A stretch of DNA of 64,000 nt from Candidatus Bilamarchaeaceae archaeon (GTDB lineage Archaea > Micrarchaeota > Micrarchaeia > Anstonellales > Bilamarchaeaceae), in the NCBI GenBank assembly GCA_038851325.1, contig JAWCKZ010000001.1, positions 32,001 to 96,000 of the forward strand, given 5' to 3'. The notes below the pieces were generated by a model that did no database searches, was not told the origin of the DNA, and was given only the letters and a program-made list of their open reading frames with translations. A program made the translations under genes and the position numbers. This document shows, one piece after another, positions 19,639-30,205 of the stretch; the first letter of the stretch is position 1; each line of letters begins with the position of its first letter.

Positions 19639-22086
19639 ATGGCAGAGACCATTATGCCTAGGACAATCGAAGAAGATATGCGCGAGTCGTATTTAGATTA
19701 TTCCATGAGTGTAATCGTTGGAAGAGCATTGCCTGACATCAGAGACGGGCTAAAGCCGGTTCATCGCAGGATTCTTTATGGAATGTACCAACTTGGAAAC
19801 TATCACAATAAGCCGTTCAAAAAAAGCGCAAGAATCGTCGGTGAGATATTAGGAAAATTTCATCCTCACGGAGATGCGGCGGTATATGATGCGCTCGTCC
19901 GCCTAGCGCAGGACTTTTCTCTCAGATATCCGCTGGTGGATGGCCAGGGTAACATGGGTTCGCTTGATGGAGACCCGCCCGCTGCGCAACGTTATACCGA
20001 AGTGCGCATGGCGAGAATAGCAGAGGAAATGCTTGAGGAAATAGAAAAGGATACTGTGGACTTCGTCCCAAATTTTGATGGAACCTTAAAAGAACCAACC
20101 GTGCTCCCATCAAAAATACCGAATCTTTTGATCAACGGTTCCTCTGGAATAGCAGTTGGAATGGCAACGAGCATCCCGCCCCACAATGTCAGCGAGATTA
20201 TAGATGCCATCATCGCAGTTATAGATGGCGCGGACCAAGAAACTGTTTTAAACATTGTACGCGGCCCTGATTTTCCAACAGGCGGGATAATAGTCGGGAG
20301 AGCGGGGATACACCAGGCATACAGGACAGGAAAAGGAACAATTAGAGTAAGAGGAAAAACTGAAATAGACCAGGAGAAGAATGCGATAGTAATAACTGAA
20401 ATACCATATCAGATGACAAAAACAGCGCTCATAGAAGGAATAGTAGAAGCAGTTAAAGCAAAAAAGGTAGAAGGAATTGCAGGAATAAATGATTACTCCG
20501 ATAAGAAAGGTCTTGCAATTACAATAGGATTAAAGAAAGGGGTTGATCCAAATGTTGTTCTTAATCAACTTCACGCCCATACCCCGCTTGAGAGCACGTA
20601 TGGGATAATAAACCTCGCACTTGTTGGGAAAAGGCCAAAACTGCTCGATCTCTATTCAATGATAAACGAGTTTGTAGAATTCAGAAAAGAGGTAGTAAGA
20701 AGAAGATGTGTATTTGAATTGAAAGAAGCAGAGGAAAGAGCGCACATACTTGAAGGGTTGCGCGTAGCACTTGAGCACATTGACCCGATTGTTGCCTTCC
20801 TCAAAAAGTCGAGAGACGTGAATGAAGCACGCGCTGTGCTCATGAAGACCTATTCTCTCAGTGAAAAACAGGCAAATGCTATCTTAGACATGAAACTACA
20901 GAGATTAACAGGACTCGAGAGAGAGAAGATAGAGCAGGAGTTCTCTGCCTTGCAGGAAAAGATAAAGTGGTTGAAAGAAGTCTTGGGCGATGTAAAACGG
21001 ATACTTGAGATAATAAAAAAAGAGCTTCTAGAATTAAAGAGCAGATATGGTGATGAGAGAAGAACCAAAATCGTGGAAGCAGAAGAAGAAACTGTAACGG
21101 AGGCGCTTGTGCCAAATAAAGAGGTAGTTGTAGTGATAACAAATAAAGGGTATGTAAAGCGCGTTGACTTAAATGAATACAGGGCGCAACGAAGGGGCGG
21201 CAGAGGGGTAATAGGTGCAGAGACACATGAGGATGATTTTGTAAGGGACATCATAACAACAAAAAACCATAATTATATCATGTTCTTCACTGACAAAGGA
21301 CGTGTCCACTGGCTCAAGGTATACCAGATCCCAGAAAGTGGGAGGTATGCCACTGGCAGGATGATAGTCAACCTGTTAGACTTGAAAGATGAGAGCATAA
21401 CATCATGGATAAGCGTACCGCAATTCAGTCCAAATGAATTCCTTTTAATGGTCACAAAAAACGGAATTGTGAAAAGGATATCATTAGATAATTTCAGCAA
21501 ACCGAGAAAAGGAGGGATAATCGCTATAACGCTAAAAGAGGGAGATATTTTAAAAGATGTCATAAAGACGACTGGAAACGATGATATTCTTATAGCAACA
21601 AAAACTGGGCAGGCGATCAGGTTCAAAGAAACAGATGCACGTGAGATAGGAAGAACAGCACAAGGTGTAATAGGGATAAGGTTAAGAGAAGGGGATGAGG
21701 TCATCGGAGCTGCTGCTTGCAGAAAGCCAACACTACTTACAATAACGGAAAATGGATATGGAAAAAGAACAGATATAGGTGAGTATCGTTTGCAGGGCAG
21801 AGGAGGACATGGTGTGATAAATATAAAGACAGAGGGAAGAAATGGAATGGTAGTTGGGGTAGCCGCTGTTAGCGACAGTGACGAAATAATAGTAATTTGT
21901 TCAAAGGGAAAAAGCATAAGAGTGCCCGTGGCTGACATTTCTGTCATCGGAAGAAACACGCAGGGAGTTCGAATAATAAGACTTGAGGAAGATGAAAAGG
22001 TATCGAGCTTCGCTGTCGTTGCAAACGAACATGAAGGCGAACATGAAGAGGAGCAACCTATAGAAAGCCAGAAAGCCCAGGCTTAA
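19639..22086 (+). CDS. gyrA: DNA gyrase subunit A
   Basis: [21 protein letters not shown] catalytic Tyr, GyrA-box QRRGGRG, beta-pinwheel repeats. Confidence 0.97.
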   Translation: MAETIMPRTIEEDMRESYLDYSMSVIVGRALPDIRDGLKPVHRRILYGMYQLGNYHNKPFKKSARIVGEILGKFHPHGDAAVYDALVRLAQDFSLRYPLVDGQGNMGSLDGDPPAAQRYTEVRMARIAEEMLEEIEKDTVDFVPNFDGTLKEPTVLPSKIPNLLINGSSGIAVGMATSIPPHNVSEIIDAIIAVIDGADQETVLNIVRGPDFPTGGIIVGRAGIHQAYRTGKGTIRVRGKTEIDQEKNAIVITEIPYQMTKTALIEGIVEAVKAKKVEGIAGINDYSDKKGLAITIGLKKGVDPNVVLNQLHAHTPLESTYGIINLALVGKRPKLLDLYSMINEFVEFRKEVVRRRCVFELKEAEERAHILEGLRVALEHIDPIVAFLKKSRDVNEARAVLMKTYSLSEKQANAILDMKLQRLTGLEREKIEQEFSALQEKIKWLKEVLGDVKRILEIIKKELLELKSRYGDERRTKIVEAEEETVTEALVPNKEVVVVITNKGYVKRVDLNEYRAQRRGGRGVIGAETHEDDFVRDIITTKNHNYIMFFTDKGRVHWLKVYQIPESGRYATGRMIVNLLDLKDESITSWISVPQFSPNEFLLMVTKNGIVKRISLDNFSKPRKGGIIAITLKEGDILKDVIKTTGNDDILIATKTGQAIRFKETDAREIGRTAQGVIGIRLREGDEVIGAAACRKPTLLTITENGYGKRTDIGEYRLQGRGGHGVINIKTEGRNGMVVGVAAVSDSDEIIVICSKGKSIRVPVADISVIGRNTQGVRIIRLEEDEKVSSFAVVANEHEGEHEEEQPIESQKAQA

Positions 22087-22849
22087 TCCGCAGTCCATCT
22101 CTTGCAGCTATGGTTCTTATCCCAGTCGCATTTTCTATTATTCTCGCCTGATTCTCAGGCCCTGCTCTTAGCATGGAAAGACCAAAATGGCTTATGATAG
22201 CAGTCTTTGGCTTTGCCTCTTTTAGTATCTCTATTCCATGCGCGGTCTCGAGATGGTCTGGTATGCCATCAAATTCTGGCTTTAGCACGTTTATAATAAG
22301 ATAATCGCAATTTTTGAAGAGCTTTGGGAGTGCACCAAAGAATTCTGTATCGCTAGTATAACCAACTGTTATGTTCTCGATTTTTAATTTAAAACCGAAG
22401 GCTGTTGGTTCGTCATGTTTTATTTTTACGAATTCCATTTCAAACTCTCCTTTTTTTGTTTTGAATGTTTTCCTTTCTAAATCATTTTCAAGCTTAGGTG
22501 CATAAACCTCTTCGCAGCGCCCAAGATGATATTTTGTTATATACCTCTCGCTGCCCTCGATAACATCTCTGCTTCCTATGAGTATCCCTTTCTTCTTAAG
22601 CGCATAATTACTCATTGCCTCTATCATGACATTCGCATCATTGCAATGGTCTATATGCCCGTGCGTTACTATTATTCCGTCTAGCTTTAACGGATTTTCT
22701 TTCATTTGATTGCTGCGCAGGAGCGCCCCAGGCCCGGGATCGACATGAATGTTTGCCGCGGTCGAGTTTATTCTGAAGCCTCCTGTCCACCGAACTTGTC
22801 TTATCAGGTTTATCCTTCCACCACCAGTCCCAAGAAAGACTATCTCCAT
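22058..22849 (-). CDS. Metallo-beta-lactamase fold hydrolase
   Basis: FLGTGG, DPGPG, THGHIDH, YTSDT, SH motifs. Confidence 0.88.
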   Translation of the reverse strand: MEIVFLGTGGGRINLIRQVRWTGGFRINSTAANIHVDPGPGALLRSNQMKENPLKLDGIIVTHGHIDHCNDANVMIEAMSNYALKKKGILIGSRDVIEGSERYITKYHLGRCEEVYAPKLENDLERKTFKTKKGEFEMEFVKIKHDEPTAFGFKLKIENITVGYTSDTEFFGALPKLFKNCDYLIINVLKPEFDGIPDHLETAHGIEILKEAKPKTAIISHFGLSMLRAGPENQARIIENATGIRTIAARDGLRIKPGLSGFL

Positions 22850-22865
22850 ACCGCACAAACTCCTA

Positions 22866-23411
22866 TTATGGCTGCGCTTCTCTCCTACTTCTTGCATCAT
22901 CAACGATGGCAAGCCAGGAATCGCTTATCTTCATTAAGTAGTTTCCGAATGTTTTGCTCAAGCTTATGCGCATCGGTCTAAATTTTCGTTTACTCTCGAG
23001 CGCAACGACTGTTTCTCGTTCTATCTTTATCATTCCAACACGTCTAAGCCTCGGAAGAACACGGTTATAGAACGTAGCTTTTGAAATATTCTTTTCTGAT
23101 ATGAACGCTGCTAGGTCTCTTCCTTCAAGATTAGCCCTGGCTGTGAGCAAAGTCATAAAATCAGTAGCAATCTGGTGATACCGTTCTTGATATTTTTTTG
23201 GAAAAACAAAGTTCAACACTTCATCAAGGTTCCAAAGATTTTTGGTTGGGCTTTCGGATTCATCTTGAAATTTTCTTACATCTGAGTATGGTGGGAAGTA
23301 TAAGGATTCTGAAGATGGAATTCCTCTTGAGGCAATTCCTTTATAGATAGGGGTTCTCTGTTCGGACTCGTTTGAAGGTTCGCTCAAAATCTCACCCGAA
23401 GATTGAACCAA
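22866..23411 (-). CDS. Hypothetical winged-helix protein
   Basis: ISKATFYNRVLPRLRRVGMIKIER wHTH-like segment. Confidence 0.65.
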   Translation of the reverse strand: MVQSSGEILSEPSNESEQRTPIYKGIASRGIPSSESLYFPPYSDVRKFQDESESPTKNLWNLDEVLNFVFPKKYQERYHQIATDFMTLLTARANLEGRDLAAFISEKNISKATFYNRVLPRLRRVGMIKIERETVVALESKRKFRPMRISLSKTFGNYLMKISDSWLAIVDDARSRREAQP

Positions 23412-23700
23412 GTCCGGACTCTGCAGATTCCTCCTCGCTCTTTATTTTTTCTATTACCCTCTTCTCTTTTTCGCCTGTAAGCGGCTGCGCGATTTCTTTC
23501 AACCTTTCATCCGCTTTTTTAATGAAATCCGGCTGAGCTGAAAGATAAACATAAATCACATCCTTGCTCTCGCCGAGAGAAGCGCCGTCACGCATGCGAT
23601 AACCGATTCGCGCAAAGCTATCTTGCGCGTAAGGGTCTGCCTCAAGAATCTTTTTTAGTTCACCTTTTTTTGCTTGTTGCACCTCGTATACTCTTTCCAT
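23392..23700 (-). CDS. Hypothetical protein
   Basis: ATG with AGGTG RBS; in operon. Confidence 0.7.
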   Translation of the reverse strand: MERVYEVQQAKKGELKKILEADPYAQDSFARIGYRMRDGASLGESKDVIYVYLSAQPDFIKKADERLKEIAQPLTGEKEKRVIEKIKSEEESAESGLGSIFG

Positions 23701-23708
23701 GCAAACAC

Positions 23709-24443
23709 CTACTTCGTTTCCAGAACCATTTCTATAAGCGCAGCATATGCTATTGGAAAGGTGCAGAATAGAGAAATGAATTGTACTATTGGAATGAGAT
23801 TTAGAACCCATGCAAGCGAAAAGAGCGCAAACGTTATAAGAAAATAGATGTGTCTTTTCGTTATGAGAACATAAATCATCCTAAAAGCCTCGAAAGTGCT
23901 TTTCTCTCCAAGACCGCAAGTTATTATTGCAGGCATAGCAATAAGGCGCATCAGAAACACGACCCCTAACGCATAAACCGCAAACAATACATCCACATAC
24001 TCGTATTCAAACCAGCCTAGGTAGTAGAGCAAACCGCCCACACCTCCAACAGCCAGAGCGGTGAACACCTCGCGCATGAGGGTTATTCCAAACATAACTG
24101 GGGCTTTGCTCAAAAGGTAGTTATAGAAATCGAGAAGGCTGGTCTTCGCACTTCGCATCGCATTTTTATATACCAAGACCATCGCTGCCGTAATGCCACC
24201 AGTAAAATACACAAGATATATGAAAAGAATTAGACCAAGCCCGATCACAACAGGGGAGTCATATGTCAACGGATAATCGGCAAGGAACGATATTATGAGC
24301 GTAAGCATCACAATCCCAAGCGCCGAAAGAAAAAATAAAAGGATAAAAAAAACATAGAGGACAGAGCCCCACATAAAAAGGAATGGTTTATCAGTATAGA
24401 GAGCGAATGCCTTACTTAACTCTCGCATTAAACCCCACCTCAT
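23709..24443 (-). CDS. Multi-pass membrane protein
   Basis: 5-6 hydrophobic segments. Confidence 0.75.
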   Translation of the reverse strand: MRWGLMRELSKAFALYTDKPFLFMWGSVLYVFFILLFFLSALGIVMLTLIISFLADYPLTYDSPVVIGLGLILFIYLVYFTGGITAAMVLVYKNAMRSAKTSLLDFYNYLLSKAPVMFGITLMREVFTALAVGGVGGLLYYLGWFEYEYVDVLFAVYALGVVFLMRLIAMPAIITCGLGEKSTFEAFRMIYVLITKRHIYFLITFALFSLAWVLNLIPIVQFISLFCTFPIAYAALIEMVLETK

Positions 24444-24838
24444 TTCTTTTTAACAACTACTGGTGGCGGCGCTATATGGGGCGGAAGATTAAATATCCTC
24501 AAAATAAAAAGTGCGTTATAACTTACGAACGGGTTTATTGCATTTAATATAGTTGCACCAGTTTCTTCATCTAGCCTATGCTTTTCCTTCCACATCTTTA
24601 TTATCTTATCCAGCTCTTCGGGCGCCTCTGTTATAAGCGCATCACCGGTAAGCTGAAGAACGGCAGTATTTGGAGCATAGCTAACGGTGTAGGTAAAGCC
24701 GACATTAGCCACGCCGAGCTGCTCCTTTGCCCTTGTTATCTTATCTATCTTAAGGTCGATTGTTATTCCTTTTGGCGGAACGTCCTCTTTTATCTTAACT
24801 GTTCCCTCGTTCAGCTTTATTCCAATAAGCCCTATCAT
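24440..24838 (-). CDS. Hypothetical protein, probable SecB-like fold, paralogue of 12542-12928
   Basis: FTYTVSY...LQLTG...W...ILNAIN...LPPHIAPP. Confidence 0.7.
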   Translation of the reverse strand: MIGLIGIKLNEGTVKIKEDVPPKGITIDLKIDKITRAKEQLGVANVGFTYTVSYAPNTAVLQLTGDALITEAPEELDKIIKMWKEKHRLDEETGATILNAINPFVSYNALFILRIFNLPPHIAPPPVVVKKK

Positions 24839-24903
24839 ACCTTCACCTTTTACGATCTGTTCTATGATGGAGACTGATATTTAAAAGGGTTTCTCTGAGC
24901 TAT

Positions 24904-26079
24904 TTATACATTGTCCCTAACCACAACATAGAACGCCAAAAGCGCTGCAAGCGCTACGAATGCGGAAAATAAAAATGGTGCGGGCGCGCCAAGGATACTT
25001 ATTTCCCATAGCATTCCTGCTATAAAATTACTTGGTAGAGCAACAATACCAAGCAGCGCCCTGTAGAAACCGACCGTGCTTGCATAACCGCCCTCCTCCG
25101 TTCCTCTCACTAGATAAGCAAGTGGAACGGTTTCGAATACAGCCATACTAATTCCAAGCACGATGAAGTTGGCCAAGATGAGCATCGGCACTCTGATGTA
25201 CGCAAATACAAGCATCCCTATTGCGAATAAGATAATTCCTAACATTATAATTTTTCTCTCGTTCATGATCTTAAGCAGATAAGGAGCGGAAAATGAGAAA
25301 GACGCGAAGGAGGCAAGGTAAGCAAGATAAAGAATCGGAACGAATACCAAATCGAAGAATCGCCCTCCCCAAGCAAGTAGGAGAAGCACGCTAAACTGAC
25401 CAAGAGCGAAAAGTGCCATCACAGTTGAAAGTCTTTTTACCCTTTCATTTTTCAACAGCCGCGTTACATTGATTGCGAAAGGAACTGCTCGCGCCTCTTT
25501 TTCCTTAAGCAGCAATAGCACAACAACACCAAGAACTGCCGGCATGAAGGCAATCGTAAAAAGAAATCTATAAGAGTCGATGCCATGCGTGTTATTGAAA
25601 AATAGCGCAATCAATGCTGCTGACAGGATAGGCCCTAGCATTGCACCAGCAGTATCCATCAACTTTCTAAATCCGAACGCAGCCTCCAAATTTTCCTTTT
25701 TCTCGGATAGCGCAATAAGCGCATCCCTTGGGCTTTCTCTTATTCCCTTTCCTACACGCTCTATTACCCTAAAGAAAACCACTTGCGGCCAGATAGTTGC
25801 ATAAATAAGAAACATTTTGAACAGCGCTGACAAAGAGTAACCGAATATAACAATGGATTTTCGCTTTCCCAATTTGTCTGAATAAAGACCGAAAAAAAGA
25901 GCAGTTATAGCTGCTGCAAATTCACCAAGGCCTTCCATCAAAGTTACGACTATCACGGGCGAACCAAGGGTAACAGTCAAGAAAAATGGGAGGAGGGGAA
26001 ATATCATCTCGCTGCTTACATCAACAAGAAAACTTGCAACACTGGCGACTACAGTGTTTCTGCTCAATTTCGGATGCAT
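24904..26079 (-). CDS. MFS transporter
   Basis: DVSSEMIFPLLP, GxxSDKLGKRK motif A, RVGKGIRxxPRDAL; about 12 TM helices. Confidence 0.92.
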   Translation of the reverse strand: MHPKLSRNTVVASVASFLVDVSSEMIFPLLPFFLTVTLGSPVIVVTLMEGLGEFAAAITALFFGLYSDKLGKRKSIVIFGYSLSALFKMFLIYATIWPQVVFFRVIERVGKGIRESPRDALIALSEKKENLEAAFGFRKLMDTAGAMLGPILSAALIALFFNNTHGIDSYRFLFTIAFMPAVLGVVVLLLLKEKEARAVPFAINVTRLLKNERVKRLSTVMALFALGQFSVLLLLAWGGRFFDLVFVPILYLAYLASFASFSFSAPYLLKIMNERKIIMLGIILFAIGMLVFAYIRVPMLILANFIVLGISMAVFETVPLAYLVRGTEEGGYASTVGFYRALLGIVALPSNFIAGMLWEISILGAPAPFLFSAFVALAALLAFYVVVRDNV

Positions 26080-26137
26080 GAAGTATTAATTTACGATAGT
26101 GTTAAAATATTTGTCTAAAAGAAACGAATGTGATAAA

Positions 26138-26929
26138 ATGAATGTTTTGATTAAGTGCACAACAAAAGTTATCTTTGCAGTGCTGTTTCTGGCACTCATA
26201 TTCAATTATGGTTGCCTCAACCAGGAAAAGCAAACTAAAGAGAACAGATGGATAGCACAGAGCGGCATGGTCATAGAATCGAATGCAAGTGCAATTGTAA
26301 TATCAGCGCCAAACTGCACTGCGTGTGACTTTGCTGATTATGTTCTTATGATTGTGGATAGAGAGGCTCCAGGAATAGCACCAACAGAAATAGAACGACT
26401 TGACCACGCCAGCCCTAAGGCAAGAGCTCTGATATCCAGGTATAAAATAGAAAAACTTCCAGTGGTGATACTACAAAAGGAGACAGAATGGGATCCTCGT
26501 ATGCTATCACTGTGGTCAGCGCAGTTCGGAACACTCGAAGACGACAATTCGCTTATTCTAAGAGATATCTATCCGCCATACTATGATTTAAAGTCCGGTC
26601 AATTAAAAGGATTTGTTACGATAAAACTAATCGTAAATAAGTCCTGCACTGAGTGCTACGATGTCGACAGCTTCACGAATGATATGATAAGCGTTTTCAA
26701 ATTCATTGCCACAAAAAAAGAGATCGACATCGAAAGCGATGAGGGGAAGCAGTTTGTTGCGCAATATCATATAGATAAGATTCCAACATTCGCGCTCTCA
26801 TCTGATGCAGCAGAATACCCAGGCTTTAATGATTTTTGGCTATCAAAGAATAATACTATTGAAAGCGATGGATGGTTTGTCTTTAGAGCAGTAGACCAGC
26901 TCGGTGCTTACTATATAAAACTGGAATAG
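26138..26929 (+). CDS. Secreted double thioredoxin-fold lipoprotein
   Basis: Signal ending YGC; two CxxC motifs (CTAC, CTEC), each followed by Y-x-I-x-K-x-P. Confidence 0.72.
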   Translation: MNVLIKCTTKVIFAVLFLALIFNYGCLNQEKQTKENRWIAQSGMVIESNASAIVISAPNCTACDFADYVLMIVDREAPGIAPTEIERLDHASPKARALISRYKIEKLPVVILQKETEWDPRMLSLWSAQFGTLEDDNSLILRDIYPPYYDLKSGQLKGFVTIKLIVNKSCTECYDVDSFTNDMISVFKFIATKKEIDIESDEGKQFVAQYHIDKIPTFALSSDAAEYPGFNDFWLSKNNTIESDGWFVFRAVDQLGAYYIKLE

Positions 26930-26950
26930 AAATAAGAGTGGGAACAAGAA

Positions 26951-27001
26951 ATGAGAGAGCTGGATGAAGAAGATGAAGAATCTGATTTTGAGGAAGAATA
27001 A
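26951..27001 (+). CDS. Putative acidic micro-peptide MRELDEEDEESDFEEE
   Basis: 16-codon ATG ORF in the intergenic gap; weak RBS. Confidence 0.3.
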   Translation: MRELDEEDEESDFEEE

Positions 27002-27031
27002 AATAAAAGAAAAAAGGAAAGAAAGGAAAAA

Positions 27032-28135
27032 TCAGCCAAGAACTTCAAGATCCTCGCTGTATGGCGGCATAGCGGTTGTTTCTTCTGAGTGGAACGGTGC
27101 TCCAGCAACAGACGCGCCCTTCACGCCAGTTACTATCGCAACAATCTCTAACTTTCCTTCGTAGTTCTGTATAATTCTTGCGCCCCACTTAACATTTGCT
27201 TCTGGGTCCATTTTTTCTGTTATAATCTCTCCTGCTTTTATCGCATCACCAAGTGTAAGGTCAGACCCACCAGATATATGAATAAGTGCGCCCTTCGCAC
27301 CCTCAAAATCGACGTCCAGAAGTCTGTTCTTTATGACTCCTTCTGCAGCAGCGCGAACCTTATCGTTTCCTTTGCCTTCGCCAACTGCAATGAAGCCGAC
27401 GCCGCCACCTTCCATGATCGCACGCACATCTGCAAAATCTATGTTTATCAGTGATGGTTGAGTAATAGTCCACACAAGCCCGCTTATTGCTCTCGCGAGT
27501 ATCTCGTCAGCAACAGAGAATGCCTCTGTCATCGGAAGGTTTGGAACAAGCTGAACAAGCCTGTTGTTGTCCAATATAATAACAGAATCACAGTATTTTG
27601 TAAGTGCCTTTATACCTTCATCTGCTCTCTTTTTTCTTGCGCGCTCAAGCGCGAACGGGTATGTAACCATTGCTACGACAATTGCGCCCTGCTCTTTTGC
27701 GATGTTTGCTACTATCGGTGCTGCGCCGCCGCCTGTTCCGCCGCCCATCCCTGCGCATATGAACACAAGGTGCGCGCCCTCTAACTCTTTTTCTATGAGC
27801 GGTCTATCGACCTCTGCAGATTTTGCTCCGATGTCTGGGTATCCACCGGCACCCAGCCCTTTTGTTACGCTCTTACCTATAAGAATCTTCTTGGCTCTCT
27901 CATGTACTATATTCAAGTGCTGCTTGTCTGTATTTACCGCAACAAGCTCTGTACCCTTAACGCCAGACTTTATCAACCTGTTGATGGTGTTGTTTCCTGC
28001 GCCACCAACACCGACGGTCACTATCTTAATTTGCTCTGAACTTAACGTCTCGCTCTCCTCCTTAACCGGGGCGGTTGATTCGCCCATAACAGACCTTACC
28101 AAATCTTCCATATTTTTCACCTGTCGCCTTACCAA
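27032..28135 (-). CDS. ftsZ: Cell division protein FtsZ
   Basis: GVGGAGNN, GMGGGTGGG tubulin signature, INIDFADV. Confidence 0.96.
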   Translation of the reverse strand: MVRRQVKNMEDLVRSVMGESTAPVKEESETLSSEQIKIVTVGVGGAGNNTINRLIKSGVKGTELVAVNTDKQHLNIVHERAKKILIGKSVTKGLGAGGYPDIGAKSAEVDRPLIEKELEGAHLVFICAGMGGGTGGGAAPIVANIAKEQGAIVVAMVTYPFALERARKKRADEGIKALTKYCDSVIILDNNRLVQLVPNLPMTEAFSVADEILARAISGLVWTITQPSLINIDFADVRAIMEGGGVGFIAVGEGKGNDKVRAAAEGVIKNRLLDVDFEGAKGALIHISGGSDLTLGDAIKAGEIITEKMDPEANVKWGARIIQNYEGKLEIVAIVTGVKGASVAGAPFHSEETTAMPPYSEDLEVLG

Positions 28136-28297
28136 CGGGTTTTACCGTGGGAGGTAAAAAATCTGCTTTTTGCTTTCTTTAAAAATGTTTTCTTTTACCT
28201 CGAAAAATGAATAGCGTTTGTATTCTTTTTTTACCATTATCAAAAAGTGCCCCTCGAAAAATTTAAATACATTTATTAAATACATTTATCGAATCCC

Positions 28298-28504
28298 ATG
28301 GTAAAAGTTATAACAATAATGGATGAAGTTTATTCAGAACTGTACAAATTAAAGAAATCAAAAGGGATGTCTTTCAGCGAGGCGATCAGGTATCTTCTTG
28401 ATGAACATAAAGAGAGCGGTAGTCCTATTATATCATTTGCTGGTTCCATCTCAGATGATGACATAGACAAAAGAGCTGCTCTCAGAGTTAAAAGAGGTGT
28501 ATAG
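28298..28504 (+). CDS. vapB: VapB-family antitoxin
   Basis: KVITIxDEVYxxLxKLK...SFSEAIxxLL; adjacent to a PIN gene. Confidence 0.82.
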   Translation: MVKVITIMDEVYSELYKLKKSKGMSFSEAIRYLLDEHKESGSPIISFAGSISDDDIDKRAALRVKRGV

Positions 28505-28875
28505 TGGAAAAGATACTTTTAGACTATTACACAGCACTCGATTTTTTACGCGGAGAACCGCAGATAGTTGAAAAATTAAGTTACTATGCAAATACTGAGG
28601 AAATATGCATCTCTTCAGTTACCCTCGCACGTCTTCTTTTCACAATAAAAAAAACAGACGCAATAATCTCTTTTGCGTCTAGCATTACAGTACTGCCATT
28701 TGATAAAAAAAGTGCTATAATAGCATCGAAAATAAAAAGAGAAATGGATGAGAGATCAATCGACCCACCTGAAGAGAGCATAGTAACTGCAGCAGTTTGC
28801 ATGGCAAATGACGCATTCCTCTTCACACGAAGACCTGGCGATTTTGAGGGCATCAGGGGATTAAAAAGGGTTTAG
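28504..28875 (+). CDS. vapC: VapC-family PIN domain protein (active site degenerate)
   Basis: ILLD, ISSVT, VLPFD, DFEGIRGL PIN pattern. Confidence 0.8.
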   Translation: MEKILLDYYTALDFLRGEPQIVEKLSYYANTEEICISSVTLARLLFTIKKTDAIISFASSITVLPFDKKSAIIASKIKREMDERSIDPPEESIVTAAVCMANDAFLFTRRPGDFEGIRGLKRV

Positions 28876-28963
28876 GTTAGATTAAAAGCTAGCCCAGGTT
28901 TGGGACGATTATTAAGAATTACGCGGAAGCGTAATTATTAACTGGTGATTGCTGGGTGAGTCT

Positions 28964-30205
28964 ATGAAATTAACACCAAAAGGAATGAGAGATTTCATGC
29001 CAGAGGAGAGTATAATCCGAGAGGAGGTTAGAGACAGAATAGCGACTATCTACAAAAAGTACGGTTTCGCTCCAATGGAAACACCTGCACTGGAATACTT
29101 CGAAACGCTCAGTGCGAAAGCAGGAGAAGAAATAGATAAACAGATATTCATGCTCAAGGATGAAAGGCTTGCGCTCAGATTTGATTTAACTGTTCCTCTT
29201 GCACGAGTCGCAGCGACTCTTGAAAGAGCAAGACCGTTTAAGAGGTACGCGATTGGTCCTGTGTGGCGAAGAGAGGAGCCGCAAAAAGGGAGATTCCGTG
29301 AATTCTGGCAAGCCGACGCAGACATAATCGGTAGTCCGAGCATGAGAGCAGAGGCAGAGCTGCTGACAATAGCGAAAGAGATATGTGAAGAATTTGGGTT
29401 TGCCAAGCCGCGAATACTTCTTAACAACAGAAAGATACTGGATGCATTGGCACTGAAAATAGGATTTGAGGATAAAAAAGCAGAGACATACCGTCTTCTT
29501 GACAAGATAGACAAAGTTGGCAAGGATACGGTTGAGACAGAAGTTATAAAGCTTCTTGGTCAGCGTGGAAAAGAATTGCTCGATATAGTTTCAACTGGAA
29601 AAGACAACGATGAAAAGCTTGAGATAGTCGAGAAGAACGCAAAAGAGGCAAAGGAGGGAGTGAGCGAACTACGTGAGATCCTTGAGCTCTGCAATTTTGA
29701 CATTGAGATAGACCTTTCACTTGTCAGAGGTCTTGGCTACTATACTGGCCCAGTGTACGAAATAAAATTAAGTGATGAGATTGGCACCGTAATCGCAGGT
29801 GGAAGATACGACAAACTTCTCTCACTCTACGGACGAGGTGATTATGCAACCGGGATATCTGTCGGTATAGAACGCCTCATATCACTCTCACTCGAAAAAT
29901 CAGAGAAGAGAAAAACAGAAACGAAGGCATTTATAGCAAACGCAAAGGATGAATTTTATAGAAATGCTCTTGAACTTGCTAAGAGTATAAGGGCTGCTGG
30001 AATACCTGCAGAAACCGACATCAACTCAAGAAGTCTTAGCAAACAGCTTGATTATGCCAACGCAAGAGGCATTCCATTTGTGATAATCATTGGTCAACAG
30101 GAAGTTAGTACAGGAATGTATAAGATAAGGAACATGAGGAATGGTGAGGAGAAAATAATAAAATATGAAGAATTAAGAGGCTTTTTGGAGGAACATAATG
30201 GCTAA
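28964..30205 (+). CDS. hisS: Histidine--tRNA ligase
   Basis: PKGMRD, LRFDLTVP, GRFREFWQ, LVRGLGYYTG, GGRYD. Confidence 0.96.
   Translation: MKLTPKGMRDFMPEESIIREEVRDRIATIYKKYGFAPMETPALEYFETLSAKAGEEIDKQIFMLKDERLALRFDLTVPLARVAATLERARPFKRYAIGPVWRREEPQKGRFREFWQADADIIGSPSMRAEAELLTIAKEICEEFGFAKPRILLNNRKILDALALKIGFEDKKAETYRLLDKIDKVGKDTVETEVIKLLGQRGKELLDIVSTGKDNDEKLEIVEKNAKEAKEGVSELREILELCNFDIEIDLSLVRGLGYYTGPVYEIKLSDEIGTVIAGGRYDKLLSLYGRGDYATGISVGIERLISLSLEKSEKRKTETKAFIANAKDEFYRNALELAKSIRAAGIPAETDINSRSLSKQLDYANARGIPFVIIIGQQEVSTGMYKIRNMRNGEEKIIKYEELRGFLEEHNG

Noticed and set aside
21273..21959. Long antisense ORFs (also 27564-28157 and 5367-5897)
   Set aside because: Shadow frames of gyrA, ftsZ and the thiolase with no independent motifs.
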